A stretch of DNA of 64,000 nucleotides. Origin: a virus. Its lineage: Duplodnaviria > Caudoviricetes. The notes beneath the pieces are model-generated. The model was not told the origin of the DNA, did no database searches, and worked only from the letters and a program-made list of their open reading frames with translations. The stretch spans positions 181,714 through 245,713 of IMG/VR virus record IMGVR_UViG_3300014203_000001; one strand, 5' to 3'. Shown one piece after another: positions 31,372 to 40,712 of this stretch; the first letter of the stretch is position 1; the number at the start of each line of letters is the position of its first letter. The position numbers were made by a program, and so were the translations under genes.

Positions 31372-31769
31372 TGGAGATTGTCAATAAGCCTCAATTCGGT
31401 ATGATTCCTTTTAAGATATTATGTTGCAAACTAGCCTTTTCTGATTCTGATGTAAAAACTGATACTCCCATTACAAAAGATATAATTGCCAATTTATTAG
31501 CACGTATTAACGAGGAAAATTATAGTAATGGGGGAATTAGAATATATATCGAGGTATCTGAGTTTTTATCTATTGGTGCTGATAATAGATCCTCGTCTAT
31601 AGAATCTAGGATTTTAATAGATAGCTGTAATAATAATATGGAGATAAGCAATGCTGCATATGTAGAAAACGTAAAGGCTACAATAGGTAAATTGAAAAGA
31701 GTATTGGGAATCGAGTCTTCAATACTATTGAATTTCTATTATAATGAGAATTATGTATTTTATGCATAA
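31371..31769 (+). CDS. Hypothetical protein, paralog family B
   Basis: LCCKL...EVSEF...LNFYY pattern. Confidence 0.65.
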   Translation: MEIVNKPQFGMIPFKILCCKLAFSDSDVKTDTPITKDIIANLLARINEENYSNGGIRIYIEVSEFLSIGADNRSSSIESRILIDSCNNNMEISNAAYVENVKATIGKLKRVLGIESSILLNFYYNENYVFYA

Positions 31770-31802
31770 TACTAGTCTACTATTAAAAGGAGGAATAAAT
31801 TT

Positions 31803-32195
31803 ATGTCTAAAAGAGAACTAGCAACCTTTGCAGCTCCACCTGTAAAGGTATTATGTTTTAAACTATATATTACATATGGTTTGGAAAATCCAATATTTAA
31901 TTTGTGTACATTTGTAACTAATAAATGGTCCAAATGTAGTGAAAAGAATTATGATAATACTGGTGTTAAAATACGTGCCGAGACATCTGAATTCATTATG
32001 TCTGCTATAGAAGAGGATGGTATACTATGGAAATATAAGTGTGTTAATATAGAGGGATCGGATTTATCCTCTTCAGATGAAAATATATTTATAGAAAATG
32101 TTCTTAATATTTGTAGAGATTTAAAGGTAGAATTATCATTAAAAGAATTAATCTTAGAATTCTTTTATCGAGAATCTCAGAAGTATAAGGTATAA
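31803..32195 (+). CDS. Hypothetical protein, paralog family B
   Basis: LCFKL...ETSEF...LEFFY pattern. Confidence 0.65.
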   Translation: MSKRELATFAAPPVKVLCFKLYITYGLENPIFNLCTFVTNKWSKCSEKNYDNTGVKIRAETSEFIMSAIEEDGILWKYKCVNIEGSDLSSSDENIFIENVLNICRDLKVELSLKELILEFFYRESQKYKV

Positions 32196-32201
32196 AATTA
32201 T

Positions 32202-32232
32202 TATAAGAGGATAGCATTGCTATCCTCTTATA
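32202..32232 (+). terminator. Terminator of the repeated GGATAGC/GCTATCC family
   Basis: TATAAGAGGATAGC-att-GCTATCCTCTTATA; relatives at 26888, 29316, 32757, 34637, 36208, 57616. Confidence 0.78.
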
Positions 32233-32248
32233 TTTTTAGGAGGGTAAG

Positions 32249-32758
32249 ATGAGACTGGGATATATTAAACCGAAAAGAACGCCATTAAATTTTAGGCTAT
32301 TCAATTCCACTAAAAGCGATTTCAATTTAACTCTAAACGATAATATTATAATTTCTATAGATGCGAGCAAAGATTCTCTTCCTTTATTATCAAAAAATAT
32401 AGTAGGATTTGGTATAAAAGATTACGAATATTCAGAGAATCGTTCCACCCATTCTATATCAAAGTATACAAAGAGTACGATACAAAATAATACAGAAGAT
32501 AGTTTATTTATAATGATTAACAAATCATATGATGGTTATGGTTCTGACGTAGGTCTCGAAATATTATACAGTAGGATGGCAGATTTTTATAAAGCATCGG
32601 AAATACCAACACCTAGAATTATCGAGATACCTCCTAGCCAATCACGAGAAATAGACCTGTGTGCAACAATACATTCTACACATACAGATAATCTTGTGAG
32701 TATTTATAGTGGAGGGAAATGGTCTTACCCTGATATATCAGATAGAGAAATATGGTAA
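32249..32758 (+). CDS. Hypothetical protein
   Basis: 169 aa, AGGAGG RBS. Confidence 0.6.
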   Translation: MRLGYIKPKRTPLNFRLFNSTKSDFNLTLNDNIIISIDASKDSLPLLSKNIVGFGIKDYEYSENRSTHSISKYTKSTIQNNTEDSLFIMINKSYDGYGSDVGLEILYSRMADFYKASEIPTPRIIEIPPSQSREIDLCATIHSTHTDNLVSIYSGGKWSYPDISDREIW

Positions 32759-32790
32759 GAGAATAGCATTGCTATTCTCTTTTATTTTTT
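32757..32790. terminator. Bidirectional terminator between convergent genes
   Basis: AAGAGAATAGC-att-GCTATTCTCTT followed by T-run. Confidence 0.75.
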
Positions 32791-33917
32791 TCTAGTGCTA
32801 AGTTTATCTTATCTAAATTATATGTAGTTGATATGTACTTGCTAAATAAATCTCCTTCTTTGATATTGCTAAACATGAAACTAAAGTATCCTTTTCTCGC
32901 AATATTATATTTAGGAGTTTTATCTATAACAGCATATTGTTTGGCTAGAAGATCTATATCTTTTATTTGTTTCTGTAGATCTTTCTTAAGTTCTGGAGGT
33001 AGAGTTTCATTATTTTTTATCTCATATTCTAATAGATTAACAGAGGTTTTCATTCTAGCCGCTAGCATGGGAGTATTACTAAACATAACCTCTAATGAAG
33101 TATTGATTAATCCATAACTTAAATCTAATAGTTTAGCTATTTCTCCATTAGGATCTTTCTTCTTATTATATTCTATCTTAGATAATACTGATGATAGTTC
33201 CACTCCATATCCATACATAGTAGCAAATTGATCTGCGAATTTCTCATCTATATATCTTCTCCTATCAGATGTTCTACCTATATACATTATTAGATTCTTT
33301 GTGGTAGGAGAATCTGGAAAGAAGTTGTTTATAAAGTTAGGAGTATTAGTAACTATAAATCCGATGGTTTTAACTGTATCTGATATAATAGGTAGTTCTT
33401 TTGTTTTTTGTGTAGCTACTGCCATGAATGAAGATATATGAGCTTGTAATGATTTTCTAAAAGTTTCGAAACAAACTTCTATAGGAACCACTGCTTCAGT
33501 AAAGTTATGCCCAATCTCGTGTAATAATACCGCTACTATCTCACCATCTGTAATCTTATCACTAAAGAATAAAGTAGTAGTATATACAACAAGAGTAGAA
33601 TAATCTGTTTCCTTTTTATATCTAACTCCAGTAGAAGTAACCTCATATTTATCTACAAGATCACCATATTGCTTTTGCCTTACAGGAACAGTATAGCAGT
33701 TATATTGTACTGCTTGATCAAACCCAAAATATACCTTACTAAACCCAAATGTTTTAGCTATCTTATTTTCGACTTCAGTTATAAGACTATCATTTATAAC
33801 TGTTTTGATTGGATCGTTTATATTATATTTCTTTCTTATCTTAGATATAGTCTTCTCTATATCTAATAGCTCGGGTGTTTTCCCAAAGTATGTTTCGTTA
33901 ATAGGTTCAAAGAACAT
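32772..33917 (-). CDS. Zincin-like metallopeptidase, probable virion protein
   Basis: LLHEIGH (HExxH) and EKFADQFATMYGYG; late-type motif at 33936-33947. Confidence 0.8.
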   Translation of the reverse strand: MFFEPINETYFGKTPELLDIEKTISKIRKKYNINDPIKTVINDSLITEVENKIAKTFGFSKVYFGFDQAVQYNCYTVPVRQKQYGDLVDKYEVTSTGVRYKKETDYSTLVVYTTTLFFSDKITDGEIVAVLLHEIGHNFTEAVVPIEVCFETFRKSLQAHISSFMAVATQKTKELPIISDTVKTIGFIVTNTPNFINNFFPDSPTTKNLIMYIGRTSDRRRYIDEKFADQFATMYGYGVELSSVLSKIEYNKKKDPNGEIAKLLDLSYGLINTSLEVMFSNTPMLAARMKTSVNLLEYEIKNNETLPPELKKDLQKQIKDIDLLAKQYAVIDKTPKYNIARKGYFSFMFSNIKEGDLFSKYISTTYNLDKINLALEKNKRE

Positions 33918-33935
33918 TCTATATCACTCCTTCAT

Positions 33936-33968
33936 TATATTAATGTGATTTGTATCAACAACTATGTA
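33936..33968. promoter_or_regulatory. Divergent pair of late-type promoter motifs
   Basis: CACAttaataTA (minus, 33936-33947) and AACAactatgTA (plus, 33957-33968). Confidence 0.6.
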
Positions 33969-33992
33969 AACTATTAAAGGGGGAATTTTAAT

Positions 33993-34631
33993 ATGTCTGA
34001 GCAAATTAATCTATCTGATATGACTAAAGTATCTTTAGCTGATATTAAACAAATGGTATTAGATGCTAAGGATATCCTAGAAGAAAACGCTGCAGATCAT
34101 GGTACTAGTTTAAAAGTTTATTTTCATTGGACGGCTGGGCACTATAGACAAGTGTTTGCAGATTATCATATGTCTATTATTGACGATGGTGGCATTTATA
34201 TACCTAGTGAAGATTTAACTATTACAAGAAATCATACGTATTATAGAAATCATGGCTCTATTGGTATTGGTATCTGCGCATGTGTTGGAGCTGTTAGTAA
34301 CGATCTAGGAGAAGAACCACCTACTGATGCTCAAATAGAATCTATCGCTATGATAACGGCTGTTATTTCTGAAGCGTTGGGAACAGAAGTTACTATAGAG
34401 AACTATATGACGCATGGCGAAGCCGCAGATAATTTAGATGGATACGATCCAGGGTATCCAGATCATACTGGATATGAAGGAAATATCTATGGTCCTGATA
34501 GTACATGTGAACGTTGGGATTTAGCTATTCTAAAGAATGGTGATGAGTGGAAGTCTGGTGGGGATATTATCAGGGGTAAAGCTAATTGGTATTTGCAAGA
34601 GTATAAAGATGGGGTAGAAAATCATTTCTAA
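33993..34631 (+). CDS. N-acetylmuramoyl-L-alanine amidase (Amidase_2-like), candidate endolysin
   Basis: VYFHWTAG, YH, HTYYRNHGSIGI, PTDAQ, THGE zinc ligands; AACA-N6-TA upstream. Confidence 0.8.
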   Translation: MSEQINLSDMTKVSLADIKQMVLDAKDILEENAADHGTSLKVYFHWTAGHYRQVFADYHMSIIDDGGIYIPSEDLTITRNHTYYRNHGSIGIGICACVGAVSNDLGEEPPTDAQIESIAMITAVISEALGTEVTIENYMTHGEAADNLDGYDPGYPDHTGYEGNIYGPDSTCERWDLAILKNGDEWKSGGDIIRGKANWYLQEYKDGVENHF

Positions 34632-34689
34632 AATACAAGGGATAGCGATATGCTATCCCTTTATTATAGTTTCTAATTTGCATTTTGAC

Positions 34690-34708
34690 TATATATTATA
34701 TAAGTGAG
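34690..34708 (+). promoter_or_regulatory. Early-type phage promoter motif
   Basis: TATATATTATATAAGTGAG. Confidence 0.75.
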
Positions 34709-34741
34709 CAATAATGTATTGCATCAAAGGAGGGAATTATT

Positions 34742-35488
34742 TTGTATAAAAATCTACCAGAAATGGTTAACTGTAAACTTATTCCTAGAAATTTTGGGCA
34801 TATAGGGCATCTACCTGGAAGTAAAATGATCGATGTAACTGATAAGCTATTACATGAGAACGAGATAACTAAATTTACTGTATGTAAGAGAGATAAAGAC
34901 GATTTAGTTATTATTACCGAAAAGATTGATGGGATGAACGCTGGAGTTGTTAAGAAGAATGGTATGCTATATCCTATAAATCGAAAAGGATATGATTCTA
35001 GAGAGATGGGAATACATTGTTCAGATTTGCAAGTATTAGGAGATACCTGGGCTGAATGGGTAGATCAATATTACAGCATATATGATGTTATGCTGAAAGA
35101 GGGCGAGAGATTAGTGTTTGAGAATTGTATTATACAGCATACTTTACAATACAAATTCAAGGACGATCCAGTATTTTTACTTGCTAAATATAGTGCTGAT
35201 AATAAAAGACTGGACTATAAAAGCCTTACCAGAATAGCCAAATATTATAAAATACCACAGCCTCCTCTGTTGAATATGGGTGCGGCTATTCCGCCTCAAA
35301 TTATTCTAAACCAATTTCCCAAGGGATGTGTTGGCGTTAGAGGGGAAATAGAAGGGATAGTATATACATACGAGCACAATGGACAATTCGAATCTAACGC
35401 TAAATTCGTTAGTAATAAACTTATTGGAACAATTCATCCTCAGACTACAAAATTTAATAGATATAAAATATGGCAAGATATAGTATAA
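34742..35488 (+). CDS. ATP-dependent RNA ligase-like nucleotidyltransferase
   Basis: TEKIDG (KxDG motif I), FE, EGIVY, AKFV. Confidence 0.7.
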   Translation: MYKNLPEMVNCKLIPRNFGHIGHLPGSKMIDVTDKLLHENEITKFTVCKRDKDDLVIITEKIDGMNAGVVKKNGMLYPINRKGYDSREMGIHCSDLQVLGDTWAEWVDQYYSIYDVMLKEGERLVFENCIIQHTLQYKFKDDPVFLLAKYSADNKRLDYKSLTRIAKYYKIPQPPLLNMGAAIPPQIILNQFPKGCVGVRGEIEGIVYTYEHNGQFESNAKFVSNKLIGTIHPQTTKFNRYKIWQDIV

Positions 35489-35506
35489 TAAAAAGGAGAG
35501 ATTAGT

Positions 35507-35992
35507 ATGAATAAATTTTTTGATTTGTTTGACGATTCAGAGGAGTACCCGTCTAATGAAAGACTATTAAATGGAGTGCCAATGAACATGTTATTTGAGT
35601 ATGTATCTGATACGTATCTAAACGGCTTTATTAACTACGTTGATATTAAGAAGGTATTATTAATACAAAGATATTGGAGTGAGAAAGAGTATGGACCATG
35701 GGACGAGTTTGTTAAAAAGGCAATAGAGAAAGGAAGCGATTTTCATACAGACTATAGAATTATTGAAGATGATGTGTTATTCTTAGCAGAAAGTGAATCT
35801 TCTTGGTGGTTCTTTTGGAATGATCGCGATTGTTCTGATTGTTTTATCGGACGTATTGATAAGACTAAGATTAGTTATGACGACTTAGAGAAAGCATTAA
35901 TTGAGTTTATCGAAGAACACTTAGAAGATCCTAGTGATATTACTGGGGTGTATGCCGAACTACCTTTGCCGAGTGGATGGAAACGATTATAA
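35507..35992 (+). CDS. Hypothetical protein
   Basis: 161 aa, AAGGAG RBS. Confidence 0.65.
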   Translation: MNKFFDLFDDSEEYPSNERLLNGVPMNMLFEYVSDTYLNGFINYVDIKKVLLIQRYWSEKEYGPWDEFVKKAIEKGSDFHTDYRIIEDDVLFLAESESSWWFFWNDRDCSDCFIGRIDKTKISYDDLEKALIEFIEEHLEDPSDITGVYAELPLPSGWKRL

Positions 35993-36014
35993 ATATAGAA
36001 GAGGAGTATTTAAT

Positions 36015-36203
36015 ATGGAAGATAAAGAGCCATCTCAGATGGAAGTAATTATTAAAATTAAAGGATTTATGGTAAAGCAAATATTCTTAGACAATATTGC
36101 AACTAGGGATTTGACCCAAGAAGATATAACAGTGGATAAAATAATTTCCACTGCAAACAAAACCTCTGGGGAGCTAACAATCAAATGGGATATTAATGAA
36201 TAA
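36015..36203 (+). CDS. Small hypothetical protein (62 aa)
   Basis: ATG 36015 after GAGGAG. Confidence 0.55.
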   Translation: MEDKEPSQMEVIIKIKGFMVKQIFLDNIATRDLTQEDITVDKIISTANKTSGELTIKWDINE

Positions 36204-36243
36204 ATATAAGGGATAGCAATTTGCTATCCCTTTCTTTTTTGAT

Positions 36244-36302
36244 TATATATTATATAAGTGAGCAATAGTAAAATATTGTATCTTATATTGAGGTGATATA
36301 TA
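36244..36302 (+). promoter_or_regulatory. Early-type promoter with repeated leader/RBS cassette
   Basis: Near-identical to 26942-26998. Confidence 0.78.
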
Positions 36303-36701
36303 ATGGATTATTTAATCCTACCAGCTGGATTTGTTAATAGTATATTAGAAAATTCAAAACTGACAATGATGTCTGTAAAAATAGCTATCTATCTTGCAGA
36401 TAAGTTAGGATTTGACGAGTACAAAACAATGCCACGTAGAACTGAAATTGCTAGGTATTTCAAAGTATCAACGACAACTGTAAATGATAGCCTGACAGTA
36501 TTAGACGATACCAAAATACTACTATCAGATCCTACCAACAATGCTCCTCGTAGATTTACTGGAAAATTTGTATTGTCTGGGTTGTATACTGTAGAAGTAG
36601 ATGATCTAGATGAATACTTATCGACTCATAGTTTTGAAGAGGCTATAAATAATCCTAATATTAGAAGACATGACCTTATGTGCCGTATTAATAAGAAATA
36701 G
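36303..36701 (+). CDS. Winged helix-turn-helix DNA-binding protein
   Basis: RRTEIARYFKVSTTTVNDSLTVL helix-turn-helix pattern. Confidence 0.65.
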   Translation: MDYLILPAGFVNSILENSKLTMMSVKIAIYLADKLGFDEYKTMPRRTEIARYFKVSTTTVNDSLTVLDDTKILLSDPTNNAPRRFTGKFVLSGLYTVEVDDLDEYLSTHSFEEAINNPNIRRHDLMCRINKK

Positions 36702-36767
36702 ACGCAATATATCCCATATATCGGTCGGCTATATAGGATATACCATTTTGAAAGGAGTTAATTTATA

Positions 36768-36959
36768 ATGGATTATATGATTGAGGAACTAAGAGCTGCA
36801 ATTGCTAATACTGAAGAGAGCAGTAAAAAATTAGCCCATCTTTTACGATATGATGTGATAGATGAAAAAGACAAACTGGCACTTTCTACTAGTTTGGAAG
36901 TAAATGAAAGAATTATCAAAAATCTTAAACATAAACTTTTCGTGCTTCTTTCACTATAA
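36768..36959 (+). CDS. Small hypothetical coiled-coil protein
   Basis: AAGGAG RBS, 63 aa. Confidence 0.55.
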   Translation: MDYMIEELRAAIANTEESSKKLAHLLRYDVIDEKDKLALSTSLEVNERIIKNLKHKLFVLLSL

Positions 36960-37018
36960 CTGGCTTAACGCCAGTTTATTTTTTCTCTTTTATACATTGA
37001 TTTAAAGGAGATGATACG

Positions 37019-37744
37019 ATGTTTAAAGCTAGAAAAGAAGTAGAAGAATTAATATATAAAACTCTAGATATCCTAGACCCAACAGAACAGAACTCTTCAT
37101 TCTATAAAGCTAAGTTTGCTAAGATGAATGATGATGCTTTTATGCAATTCTTTAAACAAGACTTTGCTGTTAAGTTTCAAATGAAACTATTTGAGATAGA
37201 ACCTACAATGGGGAAAATTAGTAAAGCCTTAGATGTAATAGGAGTTCCTCTTATGGAGAAACTTAATATGCCATTCTTATATAGAAATAAAGATGGCACT
37301 CCTGTAAAGACTGAACTTGCTATGGTTATTTATGATCCAATGAAGAAGATGAAGCAATTTATTAGTAAGAAGAACTCTATGTCTACCAATATATCTAAGA
37401 GAGATATGAAAACGGGTTTGCTATTAGATATAGATAAGAATGGTAATACATCTGATAGAGAAATAGAATGTTTAGCTGTTATGGGATTGTATGCTACCAT
37501 AGATGAGCTAGCTACATACAGAGCAGATTCTATGGATGCTAAAGCAGAGTTCTATAATAGCATTAATCTAACAGGTATGGTATCTCAGAAAGATATTAAA
37601 GTATATAAAGATGATTCTCTCTCAAGAAATATGCTAAGCACTTATCTATTAGGAGCATTGCTAAATAGTAATTTAGTTAATGAAGAAGATTACTTACCAA
37701 TGACTCTTAAAAATAAAGAAAGAAAAACCCAAAGAGAAGTATAA
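37019..37744 (+). CDS. RNA polymerase beta C-terminal fragment (probable small virion RNAP subunit)
   Basis: KKMKQFISKK...KNGNTSDREIECLAVMG...RADSMDAKAEFYNSI aligns by eye to RpoB KLxH...GGQRFGEMEVWAL...KSDD; late-type promoter at 36993. Confidence 0.7.
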   Translation: MFKARKEVEELIYKTLDILDPTEQNSSFYKAKFAKMNDDAFMQFFKQDFAVKFQMKLFEIEPTMGKISKALDVIGVPLMEKLNMPFLYRNKDGTPVKTELAMVIYDPMKKMKQFISKKNSMSTNISKRDMKTGLLLDIDKNGNTSDREIECLAVMGLYATIDELATYRADSMDAKAEFYNSINLTGMVSQKDIKVYKDDSLSRNMLSTYLLGALLNSNLVNEEDYLPMTLKNKERKTQREV

Positions 37745-37798
37745 GAATATATCCCTATCCATAACGGATAGGGATTTGTAATTTTAGATAAACATAAT

Positions 37799-37857
37799 TA
37801 TATATTATATAAGTGAGCAATATTAAAATATTGTATCTTGTAAAGAGGTGATATATA
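37799..37857 (+). promoter_or_regulatory. Early-type promoter with repeated leader/RBS cassette
   Basis: Similar to 26942 and 36244. Confidence 0.78.
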
Positions 37858-38475
37858 ATGATAAATAAGTTGAAAAAAGCTATAGTTAGTTTAGAATCTA
37901 TCAATAATAGTCTATCTGTAGAAATAACCGATGATGAAAAAAAGATACTAGCCCAAGCCAAATCTATATTAATTCGTGTGTATAATGAGGAAAATAAACA
38001 GGGGTGTTATATAAAGTATGAAGAATCTGGTATTGATAAGACTATAGTAGAAGCATTGTTTGAAAGGAGATTGTGTTTAGAAAAAGGTGCTGTACGCTAC
38101 CTATTAAAAACACTATTCGGCTCTATAACTGATTGCCTTGATGATGTAAAGAATGAAACTACGATTGAAACGGTATCTTTTGAAAATTGCAGATTTAAAT
38201 TTATGGCTAGTATCAAATATATTAACGGTGAGTATATTACAGTATACAGTTTTGATAAAGATATCGATTCTTATCTATTAGCAAGTATCAGAAATAGATC
38301 TAGGTTATTGTATTATATTGGTGAAAATAGTATAAAGTATAATATCAATCTTACACATGCTGAGTATTTCTTTGACTCGATTGTTGATGAATGTTTAACG
38401 GCGGTAAAAAATTTTATCGATACCAACTCAATAGCGATGGAAGAATTTCTAGTAATGCTAAATGCAGACGAATAA
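37858..38475 (+). CDS. Hypothetical early protein
   Basis: GAGGTG RBS; early cassette at 37799. Confidence 0.65.
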   Translation: MINKLKKAIVSLESINNSLSVEITDDEKKILAQAKSILIRVYNEENKQGCYIKYEESGIDKTIVEALFERRLCLEKGAVRYLLKTLFGSITDCLDDVKNETTIETVSFENCRFKFMASIKYINGEYITVYSFDKDIDSYLLASIRNRSRLLYYIGENSIKYNINLTHAEYFFDSIVDECLTAVKNFIDTNSIAMEEFLVMLNADE

Positions 38476-38493
38476 TAAAATATTTTAGGGAGA

Positions 38494-39054
38494 GTGTTTA
38501 ATATGAGATTAGTATTTTGTAATGGTCATGTACTTCAGTTAGCTACAGTTAAGAATGGTAGAATAAATCTACAGAATCAAGGAAACTTGGAAACCGTTAA
38601 TAGACAATATTCAAATAGGAGATGGTACAGAGCAGAGTTAACCGATGGTAAAGTATTTGAGGTAGGAAAGGAATCAGATCCTGGAATAACGATCAGAAGT
38701 ATAGCTGAAGTTGCTGGTGGTAAGATAATAAGTATTCATTATGATAAAGCTACATATGAAGTAGATACTGTAAATAAAGAAATTAGCTTTGGTGGGAAAG
38801 AATGCGATATCAAAGATAGAAAATTAATTTTCTATAGACCTACTCAAGCATTTGATATTGATGTATGTGTAGAATATCTTGATATTGGAACAAATATCAT
38901 AAACTCCGAGATAATGATCGAAGTGCATTCTATCAAAGTACAATCTGGCGAGGTAATAATTAACTGCTCTGTTATGAAGAAAAGAGCTGTAACTTATAGA
39001 GAAAGGTTGCTTTTAGATAGAAGTAGTTTCGCGTCGTTATCTAGAGTTAAATAA
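38494..39054 (+). CDS. Hypothetical protein
   Basis: 186 aa ORF; start may be ATG 38503. Confidence 0.6.
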   Translation: MFNMRLVFCNGHVLQLATVKNGRINLQNQGNLETVNRQYSNRRWYRAELTDGKVFEVGKESDPGITIRSIAEVAGGKIISIHYDKATYEVDTVNKEISFGGKECDIKDRKLIFYRPTQAFDIDVCVEYLDIGTNIINSEIMIEVHSIKVQSGEVIINCSVMKKRAVTYRERLLLDRSSFASLSRVK

Positions 39055-39092
39055 TACGAGGGGTAAAATCCCCTCTTTTATTTTTTTTCAGT

Positions 39093-39111
39093 TATATATT
39101 ATAAATATGAG
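39093..39111 (+). promoter_or_regulatory. Early-type phage promoter motif
   Basis: TATATATTATAAATATGAG. Confidence 0.7.
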
Positions 39112-39134
39112 TAAAATATAAGGAGGCATTTATA

Positions 39135-39563
39135 ATGTGTATAACTGAAGAAGAGGTAAAGAATAGTCTTGATAAATTAATACAAACTTATGGTGCTAAG
39201 CAGGTAACGGAAACTATATATAATATATTAGTGACGGTCATTGAAGATGAATGTAGTAGCGATGGAGATCAATTAGAAATAGCGGAAACATGGGTGAAAG
39301 AAAAGAATAATTTTGCTACTATGAATACAGCAGCAAAAGAAAATGGTAGAGAATATGCATTGACTAGAGTGAAAGCTTTAGAGATAGGAAAAGTTCATAT
39401 TGAAGTTGGAGAATTAATAGATGAACAGCATAAAGATGGTGGACCACTATGGTATAATATATTCCTAAATGGAGGAATAGTAATGTCTGGCGGTACAATA
39501 TTACAAACTCCAGAGGAAATTTTAGAGGACTATATATCTAATGGTGGAGATGTAACTGGCTAA
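39135..39563 (+). CDS. Hypothetical early protein
   Basis: AGGAGG RBS; early motif at 39093. Confidence 0.65.
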   Translation: MCITEEEVKNSLDKLIQTYGAKQVTETIYNILVTVIEDECSSDGDQLEIAETWVKEKNNFATMNTAAKENGREYALTRVKALEIGKVHIEVGELIDEQHKDGGPLWYNIFLNGGIVMSGGTILQTPEEILEDYISNGGDVTG

Positions 39564-39614
39564 TAAATTTTTAATTTATAACTAACTTACAAATAATGAT
39601 AGGGGGTGTTTAAA

Positions 39615-39761
39615 ATGTCAAATGATGGAAAAGTAGGAATCATTCATGAGATTGGAGACATGGGTCTTGGATTTACTGAGTTGTCTAAACAAGAACAACA
39701 GCAGTTACATGAAGGAAAATCAGAAGAAGAAAGACCTAAAGCAGAAGGAAGTAGAGGCTAA
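39615..39761 (+). CDS. Small protein (48 aa, MSNDGKVGIIHEIGDMGLGFTELS...)
   Basis: AGGGGG RBS and AACT-N6-TA motif at 39584; not in ORF track. Confidence 0.6.
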   Translation: MSNDGKVGIIHEIGDMGLGFTELSKQEQQQLHEGKSEEERPKAEGSRG

Positions 39762-39850
39762 AATTTTTAATAGCCTAATTAGTATATATAAGAGTTATAC
39801 AATGTATAACTCTTATATCATATTTTCGTGATCTTTAAGGAGGAAATTTA

Positions 39851-40606
39851 ATGTATAAATTTAGAAAAGAAGGCGTTATGAATTTATTGGTTGCTATCCT
39901 GTCTATATTCTTAATATTGACAAGCACTATTGCGTCGAATGTTATTAAAGAGGGAGAACAATCTAAAACACAAGTACAAATATTAGAAATTAAATTACAG
40001 GAAAAACAAGAGGCTTTAGATATAATCAATGAAAATATTAAAGTGTTACAGCAAGAACAAGAAGTGTTAAAACGTATGGAACAAGAACGGCAAGAACTAG
40101 AGCAGAAAAGAACAAGAAGTGTATCAAACCTTCAGTCTAGAGGAGGATTTAGTAGATACAGCGATATTTCTGCAAATAGAGATTTAACAGTAGAAGATAT
40201 GAATCAAATTATAGATTTTTGGGATAATCATGTAAAAGGCGGGACACGTTTTAAAGGGCACGGAGAATCTTTTATCGCAGCTTCGAAAGCAAGCGGATTA
40301 AATCCGATTATTATATTATCACATGCGGCATCAGAATCCCAATGGGGAAATTCTTACATAGCTAGAGAAAAGAATAATTTCTTTGGCATCAATTGCGTTG
40401 ATAGCGATCCAGGTAAAGGTTATGTCATGGGAGACGATGTAAGATCTGGAATTATAAATGGATCTTTATGGATTAAGAAAAACTTTTATATTAATGGGTA
40501 TACATCGCTACAGTCTATGCTAGATGCTAATTACGCATCAGATAGCGAATGGGCTAGAACAATATTAAGTATTGCTAATGCATCTGTACGAGTTTTACAG
40601 AGCTAA
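39851..40606 (+). CDS. Exported GH73-type glucosaminidase (peptidoglycan hydrolase)
   Basis: Hydrophobic N-terminus, coiled coil, HAASESQWG, KNNFFGI, YASDSEW. Confidence 0.82.
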   Translation: MYKFRKEGVMNLLVAILSIFLILTSTIASNVIKEGEQSKTQVQILEIKLQEKQEALDIINENIKVLQQEQEVLKRMEQERQELEQKRTRSVSNLQSRGGFSRYSDISANRDLTVEDMNQIIDFWDNHVKGGTRFKGHGESFIAASKASGLNPIIILSHAASESQWGNSYIAREKNNFFGINCVDSDPGKGYVMGDDVRSGIINGSLWIKKNFYINGYTSLQSMLDANYASDSEWARTILSIANASVRVLQS

Positions 40607-40712
40607 TACACATATACATAGGAGAGTATTATGCTCTCCTATTTTATTTTTTAATTCACGATTGACTTATATGTAATCACATTAGAATAAAATAAGAGGG
40701 AGAATGATAATT

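Noticed and set aside
36087-36113. LDNIATRD in the 62-aa ORF as a tag copy
   Set aside because: A single internal match without the following V/I-P; left uncounted, although it cannot be excluded.
39646-39831. 61-aa ORF from the track
   Set aside because: No RBS; the overlapping frame 39615-39761 has an RBS and a promoter motif.
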